Shown: positions 26,742-36,430 of the stretch, one piece after another | Layout: the number at the start of each line of letters is the position of its first letter | Numbering within the stretch: the stretch's first letter is position 1 | Virus record (IMG/VR): IMGVR_UViG_3300022745_000017 | Location: 62,001-126,000 of that record | Length of the DNA: 64,000 bases | Strand: one strand, 5' to 3' | Notes under the pieces: generated by a model | Told to the model about the DNA's origin: nothing | The model's input: the letters and a program-made list of their open reading frames with translations, nothing else | Databases searched by the model: none | Translations under genes and position numbers: made by a program

Positions 26742-28046
26742 ATGCCAACACTCATTGAACTAGCCGGAAGCGACTTCGATTCGCCTAACGGTAAAGCCAG
26801 CCTCTACACCGAACCTGAAAATATCGGTGAAGTCCCTATCAACCTGGTAGACCCAGAAGCACAGAGCATCTTCGACTCAGAATCTGAGCGGGTTGAGGAA
26901 GTGGTCGATGCAACTGGGGCTCTAATCGATGCTTCTGGCGACATCCAGAAAATGAACCCAGCTGACACTGGTGCATCAGCTTACAACGCCTTGCGAGCTG
27001 TGACAGAAAAGCTGATGCGCACCATCGATCCGCAGAAAGCTTACTTCCCTGTCATGGAGCAGTATGCAGGACTGGCCAATAAGCGACAAGTCTTACAGCG
27101 GTCGTTTGAAGCCATGTCGGATCTGATCATCGCCGGTGTTCGCCACATCGTTGAGTGGATCAAGAAGGTGGGTATCTGGGTGCGTAACCTTTTCCAAAAG
27201 GCTCGCACCTCTTCCGAGGGCATCGCCACGCGTGCTAAGCGCATTCAAGACGATGCCAAGGATGCCATCATCAAGAAGCTCCCCAAAGACGCTGCGGTGA
27301 CTTCAGATACCCTGCTGCGCTACTTCTCCGCTGACGGCACAGCCATCAAGAGCGATCACATCGCTGTGGAGTATAAGCGCTACACCTCAGAGATCGGCGG
27401 TACGTTTGGTGTGGATCTCGTCAAGCGTGCTGGTGACCAGGTCTTGGCTGTGATCCCAGAAGTCACCAAAGACACGGACAAAGCAGCAGTCCTTGGCAAG
27501 ATCGATCCCATCATCACAGATCTGCGCAATCAGTTGCTCAAGCACTTCAAAGAAGGTTTTGGTGACCAAAAGAGCGACGCCAACAATCACATCATCAGCT
27601 ACAAGCTGCCGTTTAACAATGAGTCGCTTGTTTGCACGATACAGATTGAAGACGGCAAACAAACCAGCATGAAAATGCTGGGGCAAGATGTCAAGACCAA
27701 AGGCCAAGTCAAAGACAAGAGTCTGGATGTGCTCTCTGCCAATGAGGTCGGTATGCTCGCTAAGCTAGTCGAGGAGCAAGCTACCTACGGCATCTATAAG
27801 CAGCATGACACCATCGTCGGTGAAGTCAACAAGATCGAGAATGCGATCAACAAGGCCACTAACGACTTGGTCAAGATGATCGAGGCTAAGCCGCAAGAAG
27901 CCAAGAAAGACATGTACAGCTTGGAGTTCTTGCGCTCGATCTTCACAGCCATGGCCAAGTATGTGGACTTGTTCTACAACTACGACGTGCGGGCTGCTGG
28001 GCGTATCCTAGACTACTGTGAAGCCAGTTTGTTGAAGTACGAATGA
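26742..28046 (+). CDS. phiKZ-type internal head protein
   Basis: VME and SFE sites, GVRHIVEWIKKVGIWVRNLF; C-terminal ILDYCEASL matches ALDYCSASL of the 23758 gene. Confidence 0.8.
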   Translation: MPTLIELAGSDFDSPNGKASLYTEPENIGEVPINLVDPEAQSIFDSESERVEEVVDATGALIDASGDIQKMNPADTGASAYNALRAVTEKLMRTIDPQKAYFPVMEQYAGLANKRQVLQRSFEAMSDLIIAGVRHIVEWIKKVGIWVRNLFQKARTSSEGIATRAKRIQDDAKDAIIKKLPKDAAVTSDTLLRYFSADGTAIKSDHIAVEYKRYTSEIGGTFGVDLVKRAGDQVLAVIPEVTKDTDKAAVLGKIDPIITDLRNQLLKHFKEGFGDQKSDANNHIISYKLPFNNESLVCTIQIEDGKQTSMKMLGQDVKTKGQVKDKSLDVLSANEVGMLAKLVEEQATYGIYKQHDTIVGEVNKIENAINKATNDLVKMIEAKPQEAKKDMYSLEFLRSIFTAMAKYVDLFYNYDVRAAGRILDYCEASLLKYE

Positions 28047-28050
28047 GCTG

Positions 28051-28088
28051 AGTAGGTAGGGATGGGGTAATTCCCATCCCTACCTACT
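28051..28088 (+). terminator. 16-bp hairpin
   Basis: agtaggtagggatggg-gtaatt-cccatccctacctact. Confidence 0.65.
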
Positions 28089-28132
28089 GTTAGTAATTCA
28101 TCATGTGTTTAAGCCACTGCCTCGGTGCCATC

Positions 28133-29743
28133 ATGCCATCTGCTGTACTCCCTATTTCCAACATTCAAGACTCTATTGATCGCCCTGTCACTTTTGATGT
28201 GGTCAGGCAAGTCATGGATGTGACCCATATCTCTAGCAAGACTCCAATTCGTTTTCTAGGCGATGAAGCCAAGGCCGCTCAAATGGGTAGTCTCATTACC
28301 AAAGACTACATGAAAGAAAACATTTGGCCCAGTGATGAGTTTGTAACGATCGAGATTGAAGCTGAGCTCGATAAAGACTACGCTGGTCGTATCAGTGGGC
28401 TCTACGTGAATAGTGCGCTCACGTTCTGTGACGATCAAATTGGACTCGTTGTCAAACCGATCTACGCTATGGAGAGTATCACGATCAACTTCAAATACTC
28501 TGCCAAAGACAGGGCTAGTGCCAAGGCTTGGCATCAGCGCATGGCTTCGATGGTAGGCAATCAAGCGCTGGTGCGCTACCACGATATCACCTACCATTAC
28601 GAGTTTCCTGAACAAATCCTCCAACTCGTTCACCACTGCTGGGAGTTGAGGGAAAACCAAGGTGGCTGGGGCGATACGTTTGAAGATTACGTGAAAGCTC
28701 ACTTGTCTCGCTCTGCTACATGTATTACAGATAGCTCGGGCAAGAACGCAACCATGGTGATTGCTGAACGCCAGACACGGGTACAAGGCTGGTTTGAGTT
28801 TGATGTGTTTCCAGATAAGCCTTCTAAGGCTGGAGATACAGAAGTATTTGACACGTCATTTACTTACAAGTTCATGTTTGAAAAGCCCATCGATTACCAG
28901 GTCTTTTATCCGAACGTCGTACACAACCAACTCGTCAACCCCGAGTACCGGTACACGCCGATTCGCGCTCCAGAAGTCAGGCATAAAGCCAGCGGATTTG
29001 AAACGCAAGCACTCATGTACTTTGAAAACGATCAACGTGCAAAGTCCATGCAAATATCTCCAAGTGTGACGATCCCGTGGTTTGATGAGTTTAGTCCTAT
29101 CTACGTGCTACCGTCGAGTGTCAAGGTATTTTCAATGTTAGTTGGGATTACACCCACTGACCTGCGCAGCTTGGTCAACATCAAAACAGACATTGTAGAC
29201 TGGGAGCTACGTCCAGAGGTACTGGATTATCTCTTGGGGGCTGAGCGCAATCACGTTTGCTCACCGTTTCAATCTATCTTCAATCTGAGTCTGTATGAAG
29301 GCAATGACTTCAAACCAGGCCAAGCTCTGGAGTTACTGCCCAATGGACAAATCAGGAGCTTAACTGATTTGAATATTCGCAAGACTTATCACATTCGCTT
29401 GAGCCTCATCACTAACTTACAACTGGTCGCTACAGCTGCCTTTAGTCGCATCAAGAGTCAACCCGTCGTTCGTGATCAATTGATAGCAGCCATTAGTCAC
29501 GCGCTTGCGAACTGCTCCGGTGATGCCGATATCGTTAAGAGTAAGCTCGACTACAGGGATTTGATTCGCTTAGGTGTTGATCCTACTACTGCTTACAGCT
29601 TGGTAACAGGTGGGAAAACCCGCACCGAAGGGCGATGGAGAGATGTCTCTGATGAAGCTATCGATCCGGTGTTTGCTGCGACTTACTGCAACTGGTTGCC
29701 ATCCTTGACTGCAACCCTCATGACCCAAATTCATAAAGGATAA
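28133..29743 (+). CDS. Virion structural protein (gp98-like position)
   Basis: 536 aa from MPSAVLP; synteny only. Confidence 0.7.
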   Translation: MPSAVLPISNIQDSIDRPVTFDVVRQVMDVTHISSKTPIRFLGDEAKAAQMGSLITKDYMKENIWPSDEFVTIEIEAELDKDYAGRISGLYVNSALTFCDDQIGLVVKPIYAMESITINFKYSAKDRASAKAWHQRMASMVGNQALVRYHDITYHYEFPEQILQLVHHCWELRENQGGWGDTFEDYVKAHLSRSATCITDSSGKNATMVIAERQTRVQGWFEFDVFPDKPSKAGDTEVFDTSFTYKFMFEKPIDYQVFYPNVVHNQLVNPEYRYTPIRAPEVRHKASGFETQALMYFENDQRAKSMQISPSVTIPWFDEFSPIYVLPSSVKVFSMLVGITPTDLRSLVNIKTDIVDWELRPEVLDYLLGAERNHVCSPFQSIFNLSLYEGNDFKPGQALELLPNGQIRSLTDLNIRKTYHIRLSLITNLQLVATAAFSRIKSQPVVRDQLIAAISHALANCSGDADIVKSKLDYRDLIRLGVDPTTAYSLVTGGKTRTEGRWRDVSDEAIDPVFAATYCNWLPSLTATLMTQIHKG

Positions 29744-29748
29744 TCATC

Positions 29749-31137
29749 ATGCCATTACTCGACGGAAGAACACCTCCTACCTCCTTGCTGACGCCCAGTA
29801 GTGCTTCTCAGGTGGCGTTAGATGTCAACCCAATCGCTGTCGAATCTTCTCTAGCTAAATCGACTTATGTCGACACTCGCTGGATCAGCCGGTCTGACTT
29901 AGGGAGTTTCTCCGAGGGCGCTACATGGGTCGTTGACAAGTACTTCTCCCAAGTACTCAATACCGACTCTCAGCTCTCAGGTCAACAGCTCGGGCGTGAC
30001 GCGGCTTATCAGTCGTATCGCTGTATCGAGAAACTGCCGTTTAAGGTGACATCCGCACTATCGGAGAGTCAAGACGAGCAAACCAAAGCCATGCAAGTCG
30101 GTGGCACCTCAGTCATCCCGCAAGGTGTCGTTCCTAATGAGGGGGACATGTTTGTCTCCGATATCGGTGAAGGCCGGCTGGGTGTATTCAAAGTCACCTC
30201 GACGGTGCGTAAGTCACACTTTAAATCCAGTGTGTATGAAGTCAACTATGTCTTGATCACTGACAATGCTGTCAACCTGGAAGACTTGCTGCAAAAGACA
30301 ATCGCCACATTTGTCTACCAAGCTGATTTGCAAAAGTACGGACTTGATCCACTGATCTTGCCTAGTACAGCTGCCAACAAGGAGAAGGTGGAAAAGCTGT
30401 TTCCAGTGATCATGGCCAGCTATCTGCGTCAGTTCTTGAGTGAAGAGCGGCGCTGCTTTCTCGTACCAGGACAGCCTTACCAGACTTACGAGATTTTCCT
30501 CACGCACTACTTCCTGCAAACCTTTAACCAGATGGATCACCGCGCTATCAGTGAGATCATCTACCTAAGGCCAGGTCACCGACAGGAGTACGACACGCCC
30601 TCTGTTTGGGATGCTATCCTTAAGCGCGATGCGGTCATTTTAGGTGAGTGCTTTACCAAAATATCTGCTATCGCTGTAGACTATTTCAGTAAAGACCCTC
30701 TACAGTCTTCGATTCGCTACTGTGGTGTAGGCAGATGTGTATACCCTCAAGACGCTGCTTCACGCACTGACACCGTGCTAGAGCACTGGGATGGCCAAAC
30801 ACTGAGCATGCTCATGACACACCCAGAGTTGGTGACAGGTGAAGTCAATGACGTGATCCCTCCAGCTAACCTACAAGTTCTTGCTGGGTCAAGTCGCGTG
30901 CCTCTTAACCGAGCTTGTTTGGAAGACTACTACGTCTTGTCCAGTGAGTTCTACAGCGGTGAGCCTACGACAGCGTTTGAGCAAATGGTCAAAGACTATA
31001 TTGACAACGAGCCTGTAGACATCGCACAGATTTTAGACGCTGGGCAGTCGTTTAAGAAGTGGGGGATTTTCGAGCGGTTTTACTACGGCCCTATCATCCT
31101 AACACTGATGAAGTCAGCTATTTACGGAGCACTGTAA
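29749..31137 (+). CDS. Virion structural protein (gp99-like, possibly neck)
   Basis: 462 aa, beta-rich N-terminus with PNEGDMF; AAGGA RBS. Confidence 0.7.
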   Translation: MPLLDGRTPPTSLLTPSSASQVALDVNPIAVESSLAKSTYVDTRWISRSDLGSFSEGATWVVDKYFSQVLNTDSQLSGQQLGRDAAYQSYRCIEKLPFKVTSALSESQDEQTKAMQVGGTSVIPQGVVPNEGDMFVSDIGEGRLGVFKVTSTVRKSHFKSSVYEVNYVLITDNAVNLEDLLQKTIATFVYQADLQKYGLDPLILPSTAANKEKVEKLFPVIMASYLRQFLSEERRCFLVPGQPYQTYEIFLTHYFLQTFNQMDHRAISEIIYLRPGHRQEYDTPSVWDAILKRDAVILGECFTKISAIAVDYFSKDPLQSSIRYCGVGRCVYPQDAASRTDTVLEHWDGQTLSMLMTHPELVTGEVNDVIPPANLQVLAGSSRVPLNRACLEDYYVLSSEFYSGEPTTAFEQMVKDYIDNEPVDIAQILDAGQSFKKWGIFERFYYGPIILTLMKSAIYGAL

Positions 31138-31733
31138 TGAAGCCAATGCGAGCAGATGATGACCCAATCGAGTATTGGGGCCGTAAAGTTTTTCATGCAA
31201 TCTTCCGGGTGAAGCTGCATCAGCGAGACATGTACAGCCGCGAAGAGATCTCTACCATGGGGCTGCCTACTCGCGGGGACCGGGAACTCGATGAAGATAC
31301 CATGGCAGCTCTCGTACATGTGCAAATCACCATCAATGAAATGCTCATGCGCTTTAACGAGGGTCAGCGGGTCTACATTGTCAACCCTGCGGATACGGAG
31401 TTGATTTACAAGATCTGCATCAACTACATCAGTGCGTGGCTCGATCATGAGCGAACGGAGCTAAACCGCAGGCCTGTGCCTGCGGAAGACCTGATGAGCT
31501 TAGACAGGTTTGCGGCTTCGCTATACCCTCACGCCAAGCCCTACATGGAAGTCAAGACGGGTAGTAACTTGGCAGACCGACTGCGTGGGCAGAGCATCGA
31601 AGCGTACCGAGTAGGACCTAAGAAGAAGCTAGCACGCCGCGAGCTCCCCGACGATCACACCAGTCAAGCTGAAGAGTTGGCTAAGACCTTAATGCGCGCA
31701 GGAACGATTGGAAGGTTTGATCATGGAGTTTAA
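31137..31733 (+). CDS. Conserved hypothetical protein (gp100-like position)
   Basis: TAATG coupling to the upstream stop; 198 aa. Confidence 0.7.
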   Translation: MKPMRADDDPIEYWGRKVFHAIFRVKLHQRDMYSREEISTMGLPTRGDRELDEDTMAALVHVQITINEMLMRFNEGQRVYIVNPADTELIYKICINYISAWLDHERTELNRRPVPAEDLMSLDRFAASLYPHAKPYMEVKTGSNLADRLRGQSIEAYRVGPKKKLARRELPDDHTSQAEELAKTLMRAGTIGRFDHGV

Positions 31734-33069
31734 CGAAACGACGCTTTACTTGGATGCCATGCGTGTGATCTCTAACACCGCTACGGCACCCAACGTCAAG
31801 GTAGACTACATTCTTGTCACACCGATTGAAGAGATTGAGCCGCTCTACCAAACGAATAAAATCGTCAGACGTGACTATGTCGATGGCTACGCCGATGAAA
31901 CCAGTGTAACGCTGGCGTTTGGGGCAGGTACTTACGCTAAACGCATTTTAGCCAATCGCACCAACCTGAGAATGCGTGTGAAGAAAGTGTTTACCAAAAC
32001 ACTAACTCGCACCACGGATGATACTGCCGATACACAGGCCATGGAGTTTACAGCCATTCTAGCAGATGAGGGACAAAACCCTACCGTAGGGCAGGGCCGA
32101 GAATCTGACGACGAAGACGCTTTGAACAACACACAAATCGTTGAGGTTATGTTTCAGTTGATCGACCCTGCGATTGAGCGGCTGAAAGCTACCTATGTCG
32201 GAGGCGTGCCTAGGCAAAGCACACCTGAGCAAATCCTACAGATGTACGTGGTCAAAACAGTGGAGTCTCTAAAGGCCGATGATAAGATTCTCATTGACAG
32301 GGTGCAAACCGATACACCCAACAACAAGTCTAAAATCGAGCAGCTCACCATCCCGCAGAAACTACCAGTCTACGAGATCCCTCGGTTTTTACAGTCTCGC
32401 TGCGGCGTCTATAGTGCTGGGCTTGGTACATTCATTCAAAACCAAGTCTGGTACACCTATCCACTTTTTGATACCACCAGGTTCAATGAGCGGGCACAGA
32501 GACTAACCGTATTGGTCTTGCCTAAGAACAAGTTCTCCAGTATCGAGGTCACGTATGAAATCCCTTCTGAGAATAGTCTGACAATTGTCACCACCAGTGA
32601 AACAGCATTCAGAGATGATGCTGGTACACAGGCACTCAATCACGGTAACGGAGTGCGGTTTGCTGACTTAGAAGCTCAAGATGACTTGATTGTCACTAAG
32701 GGCAATAAGACAACGATTGACAAGTCTAAAGTCAGTAATGCGTTCGTAGCGACAAAGCGGGAGAATGGCGTTAACTACGCTCCGGCTGCGGCAGTCAGTG
32801 CGACAGCTAATCCTTACCAGATTTACTCCCAGCTCTCGGCTCGCACAGGTGCTTTGTTTAAGTTCATTTGGGAAAACTCCCAAGGTGATCTGCTTTTACC
32901 TGGCATGGCTGCAAAGGTGATTTACTTTGATGAGAAAGACATTCAGACGCTAGATGGTGTGGTGGTAGGTGTAACTCACGTTAGCACAAACCTAGGGGGT
33001 GTGAATAGCAGTGGTACATCTGTCAATAGTTTTGTGAACTTGTTTGTTAGGCCCTCTGAGGCGGCATAG
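31723..33069 (+). CDS. Virion protein, probable baseplate hub (gp101-like)
   Basis: 448 aa from MEFNETT, beta-rich; last gene of the core block; assignment by synteny. Confidence 0.6.
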   Translation: MEFNETTLYLDAMRVISNTATAPNVKVDYILVTPIEEIEPLYQTNKIVRRDYVDGYADETSVTLAFGAGTYAKRILANRTNLRMRVKKVFTKTLTRTTDDTADTQAMEFTAILADEGQNPTVGQGRESDDEDALNNTQIVEVMFQLIDPAIERLKATYVGGVPRQSTPEQILQMYVVKTVESLKADDKILIDRVQTDTPNNKSKIEQLTIPQKLPVYEIPRFLQSRCGVYSAGLGTFIQNQVWYTYPLFDTTRFNERAQRLTVLVLPKNKFSSIEVTYEIPSENSLTIVTTSETAFRDDAGTQALNHGNGVRFADLEAQDDLIVTKGNKTTIDKSKVSNAFVATKRENGVNYAPAAAVSATANPYQIYSQLSARTGALFKFIWENSQGDLLLPGMAAKVIYFDEKDIQTLDGVVVGVTHVSTNLGGVNSSGTSVNSFVNLFVRPSEAA

Positions 33070-33109
33070 CTCTCACTGGTACATGGCGTAAGCCATGTAC
33101 CAGTGAGAG
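33061..33109. terminator. 18-bp hairpin with GTAA loop; CTATGCCGC follows on the minus strand
   Basis: ctctcactggtacatggc-gtaa-gccatgtaccagtgagag between convergent genes. Confidence 0.75.
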
Positions 33110-33130
33110 TGCGTTGTGCCTGCTATTCGG

Positions 33131-34057
33131 TCACAGGGCTGTATTGAACCCGAACTTCAGCAGTATGGACTCTACAGCAATAGCTGCTTGAAACATTTGT
33201 TGCTTCTCCACATCAAGATCACGATCAGGTAGAGGTGATAGCTGATCGATGCGTCCACGCACTTCAATCAGAGTTTTGGTGAGAAACACATTCAGCTCTC
33301 TCAGGAGCATGACTTTTTCTCGTCCCTTTACTGCCTGAGTGATAACGTCTTGGGCTTGCTCGGGGGAGGTGGCTTCGGCCACGACGACAGTGCGCTCTTT
33401 GTTTTGACGCGGGCAGTCGTGGCAGCCTTGCTCTGGCTGAATCCGCTGGATTTGGATCGTCTTGGTGTCGGGGTCTTGTGAAACTGTAGCGGTAAAGCCA
33501 GCTGAAATGACTTTCGGACCACGATCCGCGTTGGTCTCAGAATTGACGAGGAAGTCCATCGGATGCGGTTGTCCTTCTCCACGCTCAACCAGACTCTCGA
33601 CATAGTAACCAGTGCGGCGCTCACCATTGCCGTAATTACTGGCGGCGTTGTGTTCACCTTGTGCCTCCATGATGGAATCCATCAACAACCGTGCTCGTGC
33701 CCAGATCGACTTGTTTTGCAGAGAGTCAGGACAAATCCCTAAGATGTTCAGAATCTCACTAGCTCGGTCAGCTAGCGTATTGAGTTTTTCTGGGCTGAGC
33801 ACCTGTCGGACTTCGGTAGCTGGCATCTCCACCATCTTGGCCTTTTGCTTGTCGAAATCGCTCAGTCGTTGGCCCAAAACCGAGCTGAGCTTTTGCATGG
33901 CTTCCAGTTGAGCTTTCATCAGTAGCAGCTGGGTGGCTGAAACCACATTGTTTTTGTTTTCCAAGAACGATGTCAGGCGAGCGATGTTCTTGTCGATGTA
34001 GTCTTTTTCATCTTGAACGCGTTTGGTGACATCTTGCAAAGAAGAAACTGAGCTCAT
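33131..34057 (-). CDS. Protein with N-terminal crAss001_48-like helical domain
   Basis: KRVQDEKDYIDKNIARLTSFL...LMKAQLEAMQKLSSVLGQRLSDF matches the remembered family pattern; AAGGA RBS. Confidence 0.65.
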   Translation of the reverse strand: MSSVSSLQDVTKRVQDEKDYIDKNIARLTSFLENKNNVVSATQLLLMKAQLEAMQKLSSVLGQRLSDFDKQKAKMVEMPATEVRQVLSPEKLNTLADRASEILNILGICPDSLQNKSIWARARLLMDSIMEAQGEHNAASNYGNGERRTGYYVESLVERGEGQPHPMDFLVNSETNADRGPKVISAGFTATVSQDPDTKTIQIQRIQPEQGCHDCPRQNKERTVVVAEATSPEQAQDVITQAVKGREKVMLLRELNVFLTKTLIEVRGRIDQLSPLPDRDLDVEKQQMFQAAIAVESILLKFGFNTAL

Positions 34058-34140
34058 GATAACTTCCTTTAAGGTAAGTGTGGTGGTAGACAAACTATAC
34101 TCAAGGTAGTTACTTTTTGATGAATCTAAAAATCTGTGTC

Positions 34141-34150
34141 CACATATTAC
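34141..34150 (+). promoter_or_regulatory. Putative early promoter CACATATTAC
   Basis: Closest to phiKZ TATATTAC; 40 nt before the dTMP kinase start. Confidence 0.7.
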
Positions 34151-34189
34151 CTAACTGGTACAGTGGGTACTTTTATGAGGTAAATTCAA

Positions 34190-34939
34190 ATGGATGATCT
34201 GAAACAAGTCAACTCGTTGCGTGCTCCCTTTGTCGTCGTCGAAGGGCCTGATGGATGTGGCAAGTCCACAATCGTTAAGCAGCTCAAAGAGATGCTCTCA
34301 GAGATGTCTCTCGTGCGCGTGGATGGTACGTTACAGGCGTGTGATGTTTATACCACCCGGCAACCAGAAGGCGTCTACCGAGAGATTTTGCTCAAATCGT
34401 TTGCGCCGGACAGCACGGAGTCACCTGTGGATCAAGCGATGCTAGCGATCCTGTCTCGTCGCAAGAGCTACTTCGGTGATATTTTGCCTCGATTGGGGAA
34501 CAAACAAGTCGTTATCAGCGACCGCTGGGACATCTCGACGTTTGCGACCCAAGGGATCTACGGTGATCACGCACTTGATGTGGCCAAACTGGAAGCTGTC
34601 AGTGGTAAGCTGGTTCCTGATTACTACATCCATGTACGCGCGAAGTTTGAGACTTGCATGGAGCGTACACGCGGGCGTAGCGATAACAACGAATTCGAAG
34701 TGCATCACACCGATGAAGCCAAACTCAGAAAGCTCCACGAGGCTTATGACACACTGAGTACAGGCTACTACCAGTTTGCAGTGGACTGGATGCCCACGTA
34801 TATGTTTGGTAATGAAAACACAAGGCATCTGCTCGTGCGAAATGATCCATTGGTGGAGGGCAGGCCGCTAGATCGTGACTTGAAAACCATTGCTCGCTTG
34901 ATTTATAACAAGTGGCGCAATGCTGTTCAGGGTGGTTAA
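34190..34939 (+). CDS. tmk: Thymidylate (dTMP) kinase
   Basis: VVVEGPDGCGKST P-loop, TRQP, ISDRW, PDYYIHV. Confidence 0.9.
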   Translation: MDDLKQVNSLRAPFVVVEGPDGCGKSTIVKQLKEMLSEMSLVRVDGTLQACDVYTTRQPEGVYREILLKSFAPDSTESPVDQAMLAILSRRKSYFGDILPRLGNKQVVISDRWDISTFATQGIYGDHALDVAKLEAVSGKLVPDYYIHVRAKFETCMERTRGRSDNNEFEVHHTDEAKLRKLHEAYDTLSTGYYQFAVDWMPTYMFGNENTRHLLVRNDPLVEGRPLDRDLKTIARLIYNKWRNAVQGG

Positions 34940-35024
34940 TCCACTCACTCGGCAAACATTCTGGATGTAGGGGATAAACCCATCCAGAATACCTTTTAAA
35001 CGCGTTTATAGGACGATACAGACC

Positions 35025-35606
35025 ATGTCTGAAGAAATCAATACCAGCACCTCTAAAGGCTTGAAAATCCTCGTATGTGGACATAATACAAGTCTGGTAG
35101 CTGAAATGGCCAAGTCCCTGGCTACGACCTTAGGCAGCTTTGATCTTGCGTGTCGGTGTGCAACTCCTTACTCTGAGCCCAGGGTCGTGCCCACTGCATG
35201 GACAGATGGCACAGGCATGGATGCTTTCATACGAGCTGTCTTGAATCTGCGCCTTGACATTGGTTGCACATCTACTGACCGTGACAGTGGCAAGACAATC
35301 TTTTACATTCAGGTGCTCGACAACTACCTTGAGACTTACCGTGATCTGAAGTTGCCTGATTACCGCTGTATGCAAAAGGCCGATATGCTTCAGTTTTTGT
35401 CGCGTGCAGGGGTCGATATACCTGGCTTTGACTGGATATTTCACTATGGCAATCCTGGCAGTGATAACGCTTTTGAGGACTACATTGCTGAGACCGGCAC
35501 CAAAGTGTTTTGCTACGACCCAGAGGCTGAGAGCTTTAACAAAGCTAAAAGTCGTTTCATCACCCAACTTTTGAATGAGTTATCCCATGAATCAAAATCA
35601 AACTAA
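35025..35606 (+). CDS. Hypothetical protein, possibly degenerate NMP-kinase fold
   Basis: KILVCG-helix, SEP, IQVLDNYLETY and IPGFDWIFHY occur in TMPK order; no GKT. Confidence 0.6.
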   Translation: MSEEINTSTSKGLKILVCGHNTSLVAEMAKSLATTLGSFDLACRCATPYSEPRVVPTAWTDGTGMDAFIRAVLNLRLDIGCTSTDRDSGKTIFYIQVLDNYLETYRDLKLPDYRCMQKADMLQFLSRAGVDIPGFDWIFHYGNPGSDNAFEDYIAETGTKVFCYDPEAESFNKAKSRFITQLLNELSHESKSN

Positions 35607-35709
35607 AGTCGTGGCCCATCAAAAGAAAGCTCCATAAATCCCCTATCCCCTGCTGCTACCATCAAACAGCGGTAGTGGCAAGGGAGTTCTTTTCTCAAGA
35701 AAGCAAATC

Positions 35710-36414
35710 ATGAAAAAGACCATTCTCTTTATCGAAAGTCCCAGCCAAGCACTCGCCATTCAGACAGCCATGACGCTGCGTGATGAGATCATTAGTGACC
35801 CCGAGGCGAGAGGTATCCCTAAACTCAGCCTTGATTCTTATGACTTTATGGAGGAAGACGCGACACCCGTCTTACAAAAAGGGCCTAGCAAAGAGCTGGT
35901 TATGTTTCTCAACATGCTCGCCAATATCACAGTAAGGCTAGAAATGTTGTCCAATGAATCGCATCGGCGTACCGATTTGTTCGTCTGCATTAACTACTTG
36001 TCACGGTGCTGGTTTCAACTACTGATGTGCGATGAGGATCGTCACGACTCCTTGATTGATCTGATGCAAACTATGCTACCAGTCGCTGATCATGTTCTCA
36101 TCATTGGCCAGCACCTGTCAAAAGACGAAAACATGCTGAAGTCCCGTGGGACTTTGTTCAATGATCTCTACATCCGAACAACAAAGCGTGCCTCTAGCAG
36201 TATTGTCCGTAATAGTGATGCGGCGCAGGAGTTTTGTGCACCTGAGCTAACAATTGGTCACTGTGGTCAGCCCTTCACTAAGGCACCTTTCATGGTCGCT
36301 AATACGGTACATGTCAAAGACGATCCATATGGCGGCTACTCACCTACCGAAGATGCGATGAAGCCCTATGCTGAGGTCGTCAGGGCAATCGTTCGCAACC
36401 GTAAAATCGCCTAA
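35710..36414 (+). CDS. Hypothetical protein, possibly degenerate TMPK fold
   Basis: ILFIES, ELVMFL, LFVCINY...WFQ and LPVADHVLI occur in TMPK order; no P-loop Gly or Lys. Confidence 0.6.
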   Translation: MKKTILFIESPSQALAIQTAMTLRDEIISDPEARGIPKLSLDSYDFMEEDATPVLQKGPSKELVMFLNMLANITVRLEMLSNESHRRTDLFVCINYLSRCWFQLLMCDEDRHDSLIDLMQTMLPVADHVLIIGQHLSKDENMLKSRGTLFNDLYIRTTKRASSSIVRNSDAAQEFCAPELTIGHCGQPFTKAPFMVANTVHVKDDPYGGYSPTEDAMKPYAEVVRAIVRNRKIA

Positions 36415-36430
36415 CTAAGGAGGACGTGTC

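Noticed and set aside
35587-35637. 16-codon ORF MNQNQTKVVAHQKKAP overlapping a gene end
   Set aside because: No RBS and too short to distinguish from chance.
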